Origin: an uncultured Gemmatimonadaceae bacterium
GTDB lineage: Bacteria; Gemmatimonadota; Gemmatimonadetes; Gemmatimonadales; Gemmatimonadaceae
Reading direction: 5' to 3'
Length of the DNA: 64,000 nt
Assembly: GCA_964415485.1 (NCBI GenBank)
Contig: CAYQAO010000001.1
Coordinates: forward strand, 1,756-65,755
This document shows positions 11,463-21,220 of the stretch, piece after piece (the first letter of the stretch is position 1; each line of letters begins with the position of its first letter). Both the position numbers and the translations under genes were made by a program. A model generated the notes under the pieces. That model was not told the origin of the DNA and ran no database searches. It was given only the letters and a program-made list of their open reading frames with translations.

Positions 11463-12500
11463 TCAGCTGCTCAGGACCGACCAGTACTTGTCCTCGTCGT
11501 CCAGGATGCGGCCGGTGCCCCGGACGACGCAGGTCAGCGGATCCTCGTCCACGTGAATCGGCAGGTTCGTCTCCTGACTGAGGAGAACGTCCAGTCCGCG
11601 AATGAGCGCTCCGCCACCGGTCATTACGATACCGCGATCCACTATGTCCGACGCGAGCTCGGGAGGCGTGATCTCCAGCGCACGGCGAACCCCATCCACG
11701 ATCTGCTGTATCGGCTCCTGAATCGCCTCACGAATCTCGGCCGAGTGCACGCGAATGGTCTTGGGGATTCCGGACACCAGGTCGCGGCCCTTGACTTCCA
11801 TCTCCCGCTCTTCGCCAACGGGGAATGCGGAACCGATCTGGATCTTGATCTGCTCGGCGGTGGGCTCGCCGATCAGCAGGTTGTAGTTCTTGCGCATGAA
11901 CTGGACGATCGCGATGTCCAGCTCGTCGCCGCCGGTGCGAATTGAGGTGTCGCTCACGATGCCGGAGAGCGCAATCACGGCGATCTCCGTCGTGCCGCCG
12001 CCGATGTCTATCACCATGTTGCCCGTCGGCGTATCCACCGGCAGGCCGACGCCGATGGCGGCGGCCATCGGCTCGGCCACCATGAACACTTCCTTCGCAC
12101 CCGCTCCCAGCGCGCTGTCACGCACCGCGCGCTTCTCCACCTCGGTGATTCCGCTCGGCACGCAGATGATCACGCGCGGCTTCACCTTGAACAGGTGGTT
12201 CTCGATGATGAGCGCCAGGAAGTAGCGCAGCATCTTCTCGGTGACGTCGAAATCTGCGATGACGCCGTCCTTCATGGGGCGCACCGCGATCACGCCCTCC
12301 GGCGTGCGGCCGAGCATGCGCTTCGCCTCGAGGCCTACGCCCTTGATCTTCTTGGACTCGCGATCCATCGCGACGACCGATGGCTCGTTGAGCACAATTC
12401 CCTCGCCCTTCACGTAGACGAGGGTATTCGCAGTTCCGAGATCTACGGCGATCTCGTTGGCGGGAAACAGTGACCCGCGCTTGAAGAACGGCCAGCGCAT
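11463..12500 (-). CDS. mreB: rod shape-determining actin homolog MreB
   Basis: ORF 11463..12632 trimmed to ATG 12500. Actin-fold phosphate motifs [13 protein letters not shown] and [10 protein letters not shown]. Confidence 0.9.
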   Translation of the reverse strand: MRWPFFKRGSLFPANEIAVDLGTANTLVYVKGEGIVLNEPSVVAMDRESKKIKGVGLEAKRMLGRTPEGVIAVRPMKDGVIADFDVTEKMLRYFLALIIENHLFKVKPRVIICVPSGITEVEKRAVRDSALGAGAKEVFMVAEPMAAAIGVGLPVDTPTGNMVIDIGGGTTEIAVIALSGIVSDTSIRTGGDELDIAIVQFMRKNYNLLIGEPTAEQIKIQIGSAFPVGEEREMEVKGRDLVSGIPKTIRVHSAEIREAIQEPIQQIVDGVRRALEITPPELASDIVDRGIVMTGGGALIRGLDVLLSQETNLPIHVDEDPLTCVVRGTGRILDDEDKYWSVLSS

Positions 12501-12568
12501 GCAGAACCGGTTCGGACGCCGTGTCTTGCACGGCGCGTCAGCAGGAATGGGGGCGAATGACGGGGCGT

Positions 12569-12597
12569 AAGCTAAGGCTGCCTGCCAGACGCGACAA
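12569..12597 (-). promoter_or_regulatory. sigma70-like promoter candidate for mreB operon
   Basis: Minus strand reads TTGTCG-17 nt-TAGCTT, about 65 nt upstream of the mreB ATG. Confidence 0.35.
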
Positions 12598-12781
12598 GGC
12601 ATTGTGAGGCCATCACCTAGCCGATTTCTCACGTCCCGGTACGGTCACGACGCCCATGGTGTGCGCTCGGTCACGGACCAATGCGATCGATCACGAAGCC
12701 CTGAAGGTGGTCCTGCCGCCTGACGCCAATCCGGTTGCCGGCAGGTGCGCGTCCGCCCTTCGGGCCGCGCGAGCATCCGGG

Positions 12782-13639
12782 CTACACCGGAATGCGAGAA
12801 GCCTCTCCCTCGGCCGAGTAGCTGGCACCGACTGGCCGGGTTGGCGACTTCAGGCAGGCCATGGCCCCCCGCTCGGCGAGCATGAGCACCGGCGATCGCA
12901 CCCGCTTGCCGGCGCCGGCGCGAGCCAGGGCGCGCTCGATGGCTGCAGAAACCCGAGGGCGCGCGCAGGCCCTGTGCAGGAACACCGGAAGCACGAACTG
13001 CGCGTCCACGCGGGCCACCTGGAGCCCGCACTCCTCCATCGCCCCGGCCACCACCTTCTCCGTGTAGCTGTAGAACGGACGGGGAGTACGCTCGATGCGA
13101 CGCTTGAGGCTGAAAAGTGCCCTCCCCAGGGGACCCATGTCGAAGATCCCGTGGGTGCGGGAAAACTCCACGGCTACCCACCGCCGACTCACCCTGGACA
13201 TCTCCGCAATGAGCGCCTGCCACGCCCTCACGTGACCCAGAAGGCGCACACCGATCACCAGATCGAACGAATCCTCGGCGAACGGCAGTCGCCACAGCGA
13301 GGACGCCACGCAGGATTTCAGGTCGGGGTGAGCAGGTCGCAGGTGCCTGAAGCAGACTGCCGAGCTACCCTGCACCACTACATCGTGGCCGGCATCCAGA
13401 AAGGTGCGAGTCAGCTGACCGTGCCCGCCGCCCACGTCCAGAATCCGGAGGCGTGCACACTCCGTTTGTTCCGCCATGTAGCGCAGGATGTCCTTCAGGC
13501 CGCTGGTCTGCCTGTCCAGCATCCATTCGCCCAACGGGCCATCGAAGCGCGCCGCATACTCGGGAGACGCGGTATGCACGTCGGGAGTCGCGGTATCGTG
13601 CGACCCGGATCCTACCAGATGTACATGAGCGTTCGACAA
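12782..13639 (-). CDS. class I SAM-dependent methyltransferase
   Basis: 285 aa with motif I RILDVGGGHGQLT and a downstream acidic loop. Substrate unknown. Confidence 0.7.
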   Translation of the reverse strand: MSNAHVHLVGSGSHDTATPDVHTASPEYAARFDGPLGEWMLDRQTSGLKDILRYMAEQTECARLRILDVGGGHGQLTRTFLDAGHDVVVQGSSAVCFRHLRPAHPDLKSCVASSLWRLPFAEDSFDLVIGVRLLGHVRAWQALIAEMSRVSRRWVAVEFSRTHGIFDMGPLGRALFSLKRRIERTPRPFYSYTEKVVAGAMEECGLQVARVDAQFVLPVFLHRACARPRVSAAIERALARAGAGKRVRSPVLMLAERGAMACLKSPTRPVGASYSAEGEASRIPV

Positions 13640-13716
13640 GAATGTCGCTCCGGTGTAACGGTGTGCAGTTCACGACCCGAAGCGTGCACTTCCTGGTCAA
13701 CCATCCCCGGCCACCC

Positions 13717-13750
13717 GGAAAAGGAGCGGCGTCGCCAAGCGACGCCGCTC
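13717..13750 (-). terminator. rho-independent terminator after ald
   Basis: 12-bp GC-rich stem GAGCGGCGTCGC/GCGACGCCGCTC (13724..13750) followed on the minus strand by CTTTTCC. Confidence 0.6.
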
Positions 13751-13796
13751 ATCCGTCATCCGAGTGCGGGCCGTATGTATATCGCGGGGTACGCGA

Positions 13797-14912
13797 CTAC
13801 ACCAGCACGGAATGTGGATCCGTGTAGGACAGTCCGAAAGCCTCCGCCACGGCAGAATAGGTGACCTTGCCCTCGACAACGTTCAGTCCCTTCAGGAGGG
13901 CTGCGTTGTCGCGGAGCGCGGCCTTCCAGCCCTTGTTCGCAATCTGGAGTGCGTAGGGCAGCGTGGCATTCGTGAGTGCAAGTGTGGAGGTACGCGGAAC
14001 ACCACCGGGCATGTTGGCCACGGCGTAGTGTATGATGCCGTCCACGTCGTACACGGGATTCTCGTGCGTGGTGGGGTGGCTGGTCTCGATGCAGCCGCCC
14101 TGGTCCACGGCAACGTCCACGATCACCGCACCCGGCTGCATCAGGGCCAGGTCTTCGCGACGTACGAGCTTGGGCGCCTTGGCACCGGGCACCAGCACGG
14201 CGCCGATCACCAGGTCTGCCTGACGAATGGACTCCACGATATTGAGGCGGTTGGAGTACAGCGTCTTGACGTTGGCCGGCATCACGTCCGCGAGGTAGCG
14301 CAGGCGCTCCAGCGAGAGGTCAATGATGGTGACGTCCGCGCCGAGTCCGGCGGCCATCTTCGCAGCGTTCACTCCCACCACTCCGCCGCCGATGACCACC
14401 ACCTTGCCGGGCTGCACGCCGGGCACGCCGCCGAGCAGGGTGCCGCGTCCGCCATAGAGGCGCTCCAGGTACTTGGCGCCCTGCTGCACGCTCATGCGGC
14501 CGGCAACCTCGGACATGGGCGTGAGGAGCGGCAGTTCGCGGGACGGGAGCTCGACGGTTTCGTACGCGATGCACACGGCACCGCTGTCCAGGTGAGCCTT
14601 CGTCAGGCGCTCGTCGGCCGCGAAGTGGAAGTACGTGAAGATGGTCTGGCCAGCGCGCATGCGGGGCCATTCAGGCTCGATCGGCTCCTTCACCTTCATG
14701 ATCATGTCCGCTTCGCGCCATACGGCGTCGGCGTCCGGGAGAATGGTGGCCCCAGCCTGTTCAAACGCCTCGTTCTCGAAGCCGCTGCCCTCACCCGCGG
14801 TGTTCTCGATGAACACCTGGTGGCCCTTCGCCACCAGCGCCTCGACACCCGCGGGCACCAGTGCCACACGATTCTCGTTGGTCTTGATTTCCTTCGGAAC
14901 GCCGATCTTCAT
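13797..14912 (-). CDS. ald: alanine dehydrogenase
   Basis: [23 protein letters not shown]-terminus and NAD fold [14 protein letters not shown]. Confidence 0.9.
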   Translation of the reverse strand: MKIGVPKEIKTNENRVALVPAGVEALVAKGHQVFIENTAGEGSGFENEAFEQAGATILPDADAVWREADMIMKVKEPIEPEWPRMRAGQTIFTYFHFAADERLTKAHLDSGAVCIAYETVELPSRELPLLTPMSEVAGRMSVQQGAKYLERLYGGRGTLLGGVPGVQPGKVVVIGGGVVGVNAAKMAAGLGADVTIIDLSLERLRYLADVMPANVKTLYSNRLNIVESIRQADLVIGAVLVPGAKAPKLVRREDLALMQPGAVIVDVAVDQGGCIETSHPTTHENPVYDVDGIIHYAVANMPGGVPRTSTLALTNATLPYALQIANKGWKAALRDNAALLKGLNVVEGKVTYSAVAEAFGLSYTDPHSVLV

Positions 14913-14956
14913 GATTGGTCATTGATAACGGTGAACGTCGAACCCACGCGGCGCGC

Positions 14957-16228
14957 TCATGCAGCGCTCGCGTCGGCCGCGCCCAGGGGACCGAGCGTCT
15001 GTACGCTCTGTCTGGAGGGTGCGAAGAAGTCGCGGCACGCACCGGCTGCATCGTCAGGCGTGAGCGCCTCGACGATCGCAAGCACCTCGTCCAGCGACCG
15101 GTACGGCACGCCATAAAGGTCCATGGCCGCCGCACGATACATCCGTGCACTCACGCTCTCCATCGAGAACGTGAATGCACCCTTCATCTGGTTCTTTCCG
15201 GCCAGAAGCTCCTGTTCCGTCAGTCCCTCAGCCGACACCTGCTCCAGCTCGGCCTCCACCACACCCACAGCCTCTTCCGCCGTCTCCGGCGCAGTTGCCA
15301 CGTACACGCCGTGGATTCCAACGTCCACGTGGAACGACTGGAAGGTATACACGCTGTAGGCGAGTCCCAACTCCTCGCGAACGCGCTGGAAGAGCCGCGA
15401 GCTCATGCCGCCACCCAGCGCCGTTCCCACCAGTGACACCGCGTACCTGCGTGGATCGGAGTACGCCACCGTGGAGGATCCCAGCACCACGTGAGTCTGG
15501 GACAGGGGTCTTCGCTCGTGACGCCTTGCGGCAGGTGCGGAAACGAGGGGCGGCACGATCAGGGGCCCTGCTCCCGAAGGCTCGAGATCCGCCCAGCCTG
15601 CTGCGGCCAGAACGTCCAGAAGCCTGTCGTGTTCCACGTTGCCGGCAGCCGCGACCACGATCCTGTCCGGCGTGTACGCCGCTTCGTGCAGGGCACGAAG
15701 GTCGGCGACGCGCATGCCGTTCACGCTCTCGCGCGTGCCGAGGATGGGCCAGCCGTAAGGGTGCCCGCCCCAGAGAAGATCGTTGTGGAGCTCGAAAACC
15801 AGATCGTCAGGCGTGTCATCCACCATGCTGATCTCCTCGAGCACCACCTTGCGTTCCAGCTCCAGGTCACTCTCGCGAAGCGCCGGGCGGAAGATCAGGT
15901 CGAAAAGAACGTCCGCGGCCTGCGGAAGGTGCTCGTCCAGCACGCGCGCCTGGTAGCTCGTGTGCTCCCTGGTGGTGTACGCATCCAGCGAACCGCCGAG
16001 GCTTTCGAGGGCGGTTGCAAGCTCCCGGGCCGACCGGGTGTGCGTCCCCTTGAACACCATGTGCTCGAGCATGTGGGACACGCCCATCTGCTCGCGCTTC
16101 TCGAGCACGGAGCCTGCCCTGACCCAGGCGCCCAGGGCAGCGGAGCGAACGCCCGGCACCCTCGTGGACACCACCGTCAGCCCGTTAGGCAGCACGGTTC
16201 GCGAGGGTGCCGCGTCATCCCCTCGCAT
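14957..16228 (-). CDS. M16-family zinc peptidase (pitrilysin-like)
   Basis: Inverted zinc motif HMLEHMVFKGT (HxxEH). ORF 14957..16420 trimmed to ATG 16228 because the longer form overlaps the pnp stop at 16305. Start is uncertain. Confidence 0.8.
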   Translation of the reverse strand: MRGDDAAPSRTVLPNGLTVVSTRVPGVRSAALGAWVRAGSVLEKREQMGVSHMLEHMVFKGTHTRSARELATALESLGGSLDAYTTREHTSYQARVLDEHLPQAADVLFDLIFRPALRESDLELERKVVLEEISMVDDTPDDLVFELHNDLLWGGHPYGWPILGTRESVNGMRVADLRALHEAAYTPDRIVVAAAGNVEHDRLLDVLAAAGWADLEPSGAGPLIVPPLVSAPAARRHERRPLSQTHVVLGSSTVAYSDPRRYAVSLVGTALGGGMSSRLFQRVREELGLAYSVYTFQSFHVDVGIHGVYVATAPETAEEAVGVVEAELEQVSAEGLTEQELLAGKNQMKGAFTFSMESVSARMYRAAAMDLYGVPYRSLDEVLAIVEALTPDDAAGACRDFFAPSRQSVQTLGPLGAADASAA

Positions 16229-16304
16229 GCCGGACGCCAATTGTGCACCGGCGCCCGCAGGAAGAATCCCGCGGGCGCCGGCGCTCACTGGTGAATCCTT
16301 CAAC

Positions 16305-18527
16305 TCAACGCTCGCTGCGCCCACCGCCGCGACCACCGCGGCGGCCACCAGAGTTGCGTCGCTCCCCACGCGCGGGGCGATCACCCGCGTCCGTGTCGGA
16401 CTCCGACGATTCGACTGCACTGGCGGCGGCAGGCTCCGCGGAGCCGGCGGGCGGCTCCTGCAGCGCCTTCATGGAAAGACGGAGGCGGCCGCGCTCATCG
16501 CGATCTATGAGCTTCACGCGCACCTTGTCCCCCTTGTTCACCACGTCCTCCGTGCGCTCGGTGCGGGAATGCTTGAGCTCGGAGATGTGGAGGAGGGCTT
16601 CCGTTCCAGGGAGAATCTCCACGAAGGCTCCAAACGCCGTGGTGCTCTTCACCACACCCTCGTAGATCTCGCCCACCACCGGTTCCTGCGTGAGTGCGCG
16701 GATCATGGACTGAGCGCGCTCCATGTTCTCGCTGCCCACGGCCGCGATGGTCACGGTACCGTCGTCGTCCACGGTGACCTCGGAGTCCGTCTCCTCCTGG
16801 ATGCCGCGGATCGTCTTGCCCTTCGGGCCGATGAGATCGCCGATCTTGTCGGGCGGAATCTGCATCGTGACGATGCGCGGGGCGTAAGGCGACACGTCCT
16901 CACGGGGCGCGGAGATGGTCTTCTCCATCTCGCCCAGGATGTGCAGGCGACCCTCACGAGCCTGCTCCAGCGCCTCCTTCATGATCTTGAGGTCCAGCCC
17001 CTCGATCTTGATGTCCATCTGGATGGACGTGATGCCCTCGGCAGTTCCGGCGACCTTGAAGTCCATGTCGCCGAGGTGATCCTCGGTACCCAGGATGTCG
17101 GTGAGGATGGCGTACTTCTTTCCTTCCTTGATCAGGCCCATGGCCACACCGGCCACGGCTGCGCGCATCGGTACGCCCGCGTCGAACAGCGCGAGCGAAC
17201 CGCCGCACACGGAGGCCATGGACGAGGAGCCGTTGGACTCGAGCACGTCGGACACGACGCGCACCGTGTACGGGAAGTCCTCGTAAGGCGGCAGCACGGC
17301 CTGCAGCGCACGCTCCGCCAGGTGCCCGTGCCCGATCTCGCGACGGCTCGTGCCGCGTACCGGACGCACCTCACCCGTGGAGAACGGCGGGAAGTTGTAG
17401 TGCAGCATGAACGACTTCGTCGTCTCGCCGGCCTCGTCAATGGTGTCGAGACGCTGCGCATCCGCCTGCGTGCCTAACGTGACCACCGCCAGCGCCTGCG
17501 TCTGGCCGCGCGTGAACAGCGCAGAGCCGTGCGCGCGAGGCAGCAACCCGACGTCCGAGCTGATGTCACGAACCTCCCTGAGGCCACGACCATCCACACG
17601 CGAACCGGTCTTGAGCACCTGCTCGCGCATGGAGTTGTACTCGGCATCGCCCACGAGCGTCTGCACGTCCTTCGCGTTGTCCGGGAACTCCGCCAGGAGC
17701 AGCTCACTCAGCTCGCGCTTGACGGTGGACACCGCCTCGATGCGCTGATGCTTGTCCTTGCGGTTCAGGGCCTCCGCGATCCGGCCCTCGGCCAGCTCCC
17801 TGACGCGTGCGACGAGACCCTCAGGCGGCTCGGCTTTCGTCCACTCCATCTTCTCGGCGCGCTTCTCCGCGAGCATCTCCTCCTGAATGGCCACGAGTTC
17901 CTTGATGGAACGGTGCGCCACGGCGAGTGCCTCGAGGATGTCCTCCTCGCCAACTTCGAGGGCACCACCCTCGACCATGATGATCGAGTCTGCCGAGCCC
18001 GCGACGATGAGCTCGAGATCGCTGTACTCGAGCTGCTGGAACGTGGGGTTGATCACCCACTTGTCCTGGATGCGTCCAACGCGCACGCCGGCGATCGGGC
18101 CGAGGAACGGCACCTTGGAGGCGTTGAGCGCGTAGGAGGTTGCGAGGAGTGCGAGCACGTCTGCGTCATTCTCCTGGTCTGCGGAGATGACATAGACGAA
18201 GACCTGCACCTCGTTCTTGAAGCCTTCGGGAAAGAGAGGCCTGATGGAGCGGTCGATCACGCGCGCGGAGAGGATCTCGGCGTCGTGAGGCCGGCCCTCC
18301 CGCTTGATGAATCCACCGGGGATCTTGCCCGCGGCGTAAGTCTTTTCCTTGTACTCGACCGTCAGGGGAAAGAATGGGAGAGCGCTCTGCGTCTCGCTGA
18401 CGGTTACCGTGGCGAGCACCATGGTCTCGCCGTACTGAACGACGGCTGCACCAGCCGCCTGCTTTGCCATCCGGCCGGTCTCGATGACGAGACGGCGTCC
18501 TGCGAAATTGTGTTCTACGCGTTGCAT
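16305..18527 (-). CDS. pnp: polyribonucleotide nucleotidyltransferase (PNPase)
   Basis: Two RNase PH domains, then KH and S1 domains. The N-terminus MQRVEHNFAGRRLVIETGRMAKQA aligns with the PNPase N-terminus as I recall it. Start at ATG 18527; GTG 18545 is the alternative. Has a C-terminal RGG-rich tail. Confidence 0.9.
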   Translation of the reverse strand: MQRVEHNFAGRRLVIETGRMAKQAAGAAVVQYGETMVLATVTVSETQSALPFFPLTVEYKEKTYAAGKIPGGFIKREGRPHDAEILSARVIDRSIRPLFPEGFKNEVQVFVYVISADQENDADVLALLATSYALNASKVPFLGPIAGVRVGRIQDKWVINPTFQQLEYSDLELIVAGSADSIIMVEGGALEVGEEDILEALAVAHRSIKELVAIQEEMLAEKRAEKMEWTKAEPPEGLVARVRELAEGRIAEALNRKDKHQRIEAVSTVKRELSELLLAEFPDNAKDVQTLVGDAEYNSMREQVLKTGSRVDGRGLREVRDISSDVGLLPRAHGSALFTRGQTQALAVVTLGTQADAQRLDTIDEAGETTKSFMLHYNFPPFSTGEVRPVRGTSRREIGHGHLAERALQAVLPPYEDFPYTVRVVSDVLESNGSSSMASVCGGSLALFDAGVPMRAAVAGVAMGLIKEGKKYAILTDILGTEDHLGDMDFKVAGTAEGITSIQMDIKIEGLDLKIMKEALEQAREGRLHILGEMEKTISAPREDVSPYAPRIVTMQIPPDKIGDLIGPKGKTIRGIQEETDSEVTVDDDGTVTIAAVGSENMERAQSMIRALTQEPVVGEIYEGVVKSTTAFGAFVEILPGTEALLHISELKHSRTERTEDVVNKGDKVRVKLIDRDERGRLRLSMKALQEPPAGSAEPAAASAVESSESDTDAGDRPARGERRNSGGRRGGRGGGRSER

Positions 18528-18600
18528 TGACCGCTGTAGCCTCACTGGTCGAGGGGGCGGGATCTCTTCCCGCGCGGACCCACGATTAAGATGACCGCAT

Positions 18601-18707
18601 GCGAGACGCGTGCGGCCTCGTGAGGCTTCGGCCGTCTCGCGTGAACCGCCGGCAGGAGGCCGGCGGGAACGACAAGCGCGCGGGCTGATGACACAGACCC
18701 GCGCGCT
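18601..18707 (-). promoter_or_regulatory. structured rpsO-pnp intercistronic leader (terminator/processing hairpins)
   Basis: Three GC-rich hairpins. 18675..18707 has a 10-bp stem just after the rpsO stop. 18646..18666 has an 8-bp stem. 18601..18640 has an 8-bp closing stem. In E. coli this position holds the leaky rpsO terminator and the RNase III site of the pnp leader. Confidence 0.5.
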
Positions 18708-18722
18708 CCAAAGCGACCGCGC

Positions 18723-18983
18723 TCAGTAGCGGAGCCCGAGCTCCTGGATGAGCTGCCGGTAACCTTCAACGTCCGTCCGCTTCATGTAGTCGAGCAGACG
18801 ACGACGGCGACCAACCATCTTCAGCAGTCCGCGACGGCTGTGGTGGTCCTTGTGATGCCGACGGAAGTGCTCCGTCAGGTAATTGATACGGTCGGTCAGC
18901 ACGGCCACCTGCACCCGCGTGGAACCCGTGTCCGTCTCGTGCGTGCGGTGCTTCTCGATGGTCGGTGCTTTATCGAAAGCCAT
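18723..18983 (-). CDS. rpsO: 30S ribosomal protein S15
   Basis: 86 aa with ...[31 protein letters not shown]... Confidence 0.95.
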   Translation of the reverse strand: MAFDKAPTIEKHRTHETDTGSTRVQVAVLTDRINYLTEHFRRHHKDHHSRRGLLKMVGRRRRLLDYMKRTDVEGYRQLIQELGLRY

Positions 18984-19043
18984 TGTATATATTCTCCCAA
19001 CGTCGCGCGGCGCTCAGCGCGCCCCAATCGGTTCAATCAGAGT

Positions 19044-19072
19044 AACTTACTGGACTCGAGCTCCCCTGTAAA
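19044..19072 (-). promoter_or_regulatory. sigma70-like promoter candidate for rpsO
   Basis: Minus strand reads TTTACA-17 nt-TAAGTT, about 55 nt upstream of the rpsO ATG. A GGGAGA Shine-Dalgarno lies upstream of the ATG. Confidence 0.35.
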
Positions 19073-19082
19073 GGTAGCCCCG

Positions 19083-20657
19083 TTGCCTGAGCGCCACCTC
19101 GGACGTTCCCTGGGCCGCTATCGTGTGGACACCCTCCTGGGAACCGGCGGATTCGCATGGGTCTACCGCGGATTCGACCCGGACCTGGAAGTCCCCGTAG
19201 CACTTAAGGTCCTCAAGCCTCAATTCGCCGGTGACCCGGACTTCGAAGCCCGCTTCCGGCGCGAAGCGTCCACCGCCGCAAAGCTCAGGCATCCCAACAT
19301 CGTCACCATCTACGCCGTGGGCCGCGAAGATGGCGCGGTGTATTTCGCCATGGACTACCTGCCGCAGGGACTCAGCCAGCGGCTCGAAGTCAACGAGGTA
19401 CTCCCGGAGCCAGCCCTCCTCCGCCTCGGCATCGAGGTGTCCAGGGCGCTCGCGTTCGCTCACCGGGCAGGAGTGATCCACCGCGACATCAAGGTGGACA
19501 ACATTCTCTTCGACGACCACGGCAACGCCATCGTGGTTGACTTCGGCATCGCCCGCGCCGCGTCCGAAGCGGCCGCCGAGACCAAGACCAACGTGGTGGT
19601 CGGCACCCCGCAGTACTTCGCACCGGAGCAGGCCCGGGGCCGCCCGGTGGACGGCCGCACGGACATCTACGCACTCGGCGTCACACTCTTCCGTGCTGCG
19701 ACCGGCCGCCTCCCCTTCGATGGAGAAGACTGGTACGCCATTGCCCGCCAGCATGTGGAGGATCCCCCGCCCCGTCCGCGCCAACTCAATCCGGCCATCT
19801 CGGAAGGCTTCGAGGCAGTGATCCTCAAGTGCCTCGAGAAGAGGCCGGAGGATCGCTACCAGAACGCAGACGAGCTCGCATCCGCACTCTCCAGGCTCGC
19901 GGGCACTGCCGAGGACGCGTCCACGATGCCAACCGTGAGCGTGCCTGCGCTCCAGCATTCCGGTGAACGGCTGCTCGGCACGCTGCGCCGGAGGCGCTTC
20001 GCGATGGCCACCACGGCCGGAGTTATCGCCGTACTCACCGTTGCACTCGTGGCCCTCCAGGATTCTGACGTACCGCCAGACATCGAGCCGCTGCCTCCGG
20101 CACCGGAGACCCGACTCGACCCTCAGATCGTACCCGCTCCCGATTCGATTGCGGACACGCTGATCGTCACGAACGGACGGGAACAGCTCGCGACGGCGAC
20201 GCTGAAGGTGATCGCGCGCGGAGCCCGCATCACCGTTGATGGTCGTCAGGCAGGCGACGGCGAGGTCACGCTCTCCGATCTCGCACCCGGGGCCCATACC
20301 ATAGTGGCAGCGGTGCCCACCATTCCCGGTTGTCGCTGGTCGAGCGTCACCGAGCAGGTGGAACTCGGACGAGGAGAGACGCGGACCCTGGAGCTGCACC
20401 CCCGCGAGTGCGGCAGGGTGCGCTTTCCTCGCGTTCCGGCCGGCACCACGTATCGGATGTCAGGTCCCGACGGCATCGTGCTCTCCGACATAGCGCCTCT
20501 CGACGCACCCATAGTGGTTCCGGCCGGTCGCTACACCATCACGCTCAGCCGGCCTGGCTGCGAGAGCTACGGACCGGAGCAACTCGAGGTGACTCCCGCC
20601 ACCGGACCGCAGTCGGAAGTCATCGAGTGGGCGACGCTCAGCTGCGGAGGAAGCTGA
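19083..20657 (+). CDS. Hanks-type serine/threonine protein kinase with extracytoplasmic domain
   Basis: GTGGFAWVY glycine loop, VALKVLK, HRDIKVDNIL, DFGIA, APE. One TM helix (FAMATTAGVIAVLTVALVAL). C-terminal beta-rich repeats. ORF opens at 18840 inside rpsO antisense. There is no ATG near the kinase N-terminus, so TTG 19083 is proposed and the start is uncertain. Confidence 0.8.
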   Translation: MPERHLGRSLGRYRVDTLLGTGGFAWVYRGFDPDLEVPVALKVLKPQFAGDPDFEARFRREASTAAKLRHPNIVTIYAVGREDGAVYFAMDYLPQGLSQRLEVNEVLPEPALLRLGIEVSRALAFAHRAGVIHRDIKVDNILFDDHGNAIVVDFGIARAASEAAAETKTNVVVGTPQYFAPEQARGRPVDGRTDIYALGVTLFRAATGRLPFDGEDWYAIARQHVEDPPPRPRQLNPAISEGFEAVILKCLEKRPEDRYQNADELASALSRLAGTAEDASTMPTVSVPALQHSGERLLGTLRRRRFAMATTAGVIAVLTVALVALQDSDVPPDIEPLPPAPETRLDPQIVPAPDSIADTLIVTNGREQLATATLKVIARGARITVDGRQAGDGEVTLSDLAPGAHTIVAAVPTIPGCRWSSVTEQVELGRGETRTLELHPRECGRVRFPRVPAGTTYRMSGPDGIVLSDIAPLDAPIVVPAGRYTITLSRPGCESYGPEQLEVTPATGPQSEVIEWATLSCGGS

Positions 20658-20772
20658 ACCGACTGTCTGCCTCGGTAGTGGCCTGGCGCAAGCTGGAAAG
20701 ACGGTGGCGCTGCCTGACGCGATGCGACGGGCGGGCGGGCGCCTGGCTGACATCACGCGCCTTTCAGGGCGA

Positions 20773-21186
20773 TCAGATACTGCTTCCCGCAACCAGTCCG
20801 ATGATCGCCCCGCTTGCAGCGCCAATCCAGAAGAGTGCCTGACGCCAGAAGGGACGCCGCGGCGGCTGCATGAGCGCCACGTGCTCGGGGAGCAACCGTC
20901 GTGTCTGGCCGGTTATGACGGCTTCCGCGCTCTCTCCCTGAACGCCGATCACGCGGAATTCGGCCACGAATTCGTCGCCCCGGGCCGGATCCACCGCCTG
21001 CCCGCGACTCCCCTGCCGCACCCAGTTCTGACGCCCGATGGAGAAGATGAACGTGGTGTCCTTCACGGCCTCGATGCGGAAGCGCGCCAGTATCGTCTGG
21101 GCATCGGCCTCCGGCACGAGGCACGCGCTCCCGATGACGAACAGGAAGGCGAACGCGGCAAGTCGCCTGACGCGTGAACCCTTCAT
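20773..21186 (-). CDS. hypothetical exported/membrane-anchored protein
   Basis: ORF trimmed to ATG 21186. Signal-peptide-like MKGSRVRRLAAFAFLFVIGSAC and a C-terminal hydrophobic helix ALFWIGAASGAIIGLVAG. No recognisable domain. Confidence 0.5.
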   Translation of the reverse strand: MKGSRVRRLAAFAFLFVIGSACLVPEADAQTILARFRIEAVKDTTFIFSIGRQNWVRQGSRGQAVDPARGDEFVAEFRVIGVQGESAEAVITGQTRRLLPEHVALMQPPRRPFWRQALFWIGAASGAIIGLVAGSSI

Positions 21187-21220
21187 GGTCACCGGCAGCG
21201 CCGGCGCGGGAAGCATGACA

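Noticed and set aside
12501-12632. N-terminally extended versions of track ORFs: mreB to 12632, proS to 3477, frr to 25879, nadK to 48225, rny to 55283, aroA to 38671, dxs to 50060, mreD to 10604
   Set aside because: The extensions overlap the upstream gene or consist of Arg/Pro/Cys-rich non-protein-like sequence. An internal ATG/GTG reproduces the canonical N-terminus of each family.
20658-20772. Convergent gaps 20658..20772 and 45382..45553 as hiding places for small RNAs or small ORFs
   Set aside because: I saw no promoter-like element, stable terminator or plausible small ORF with an SD by eye. They are most likely just 3' untranslated regions of convergent genes.
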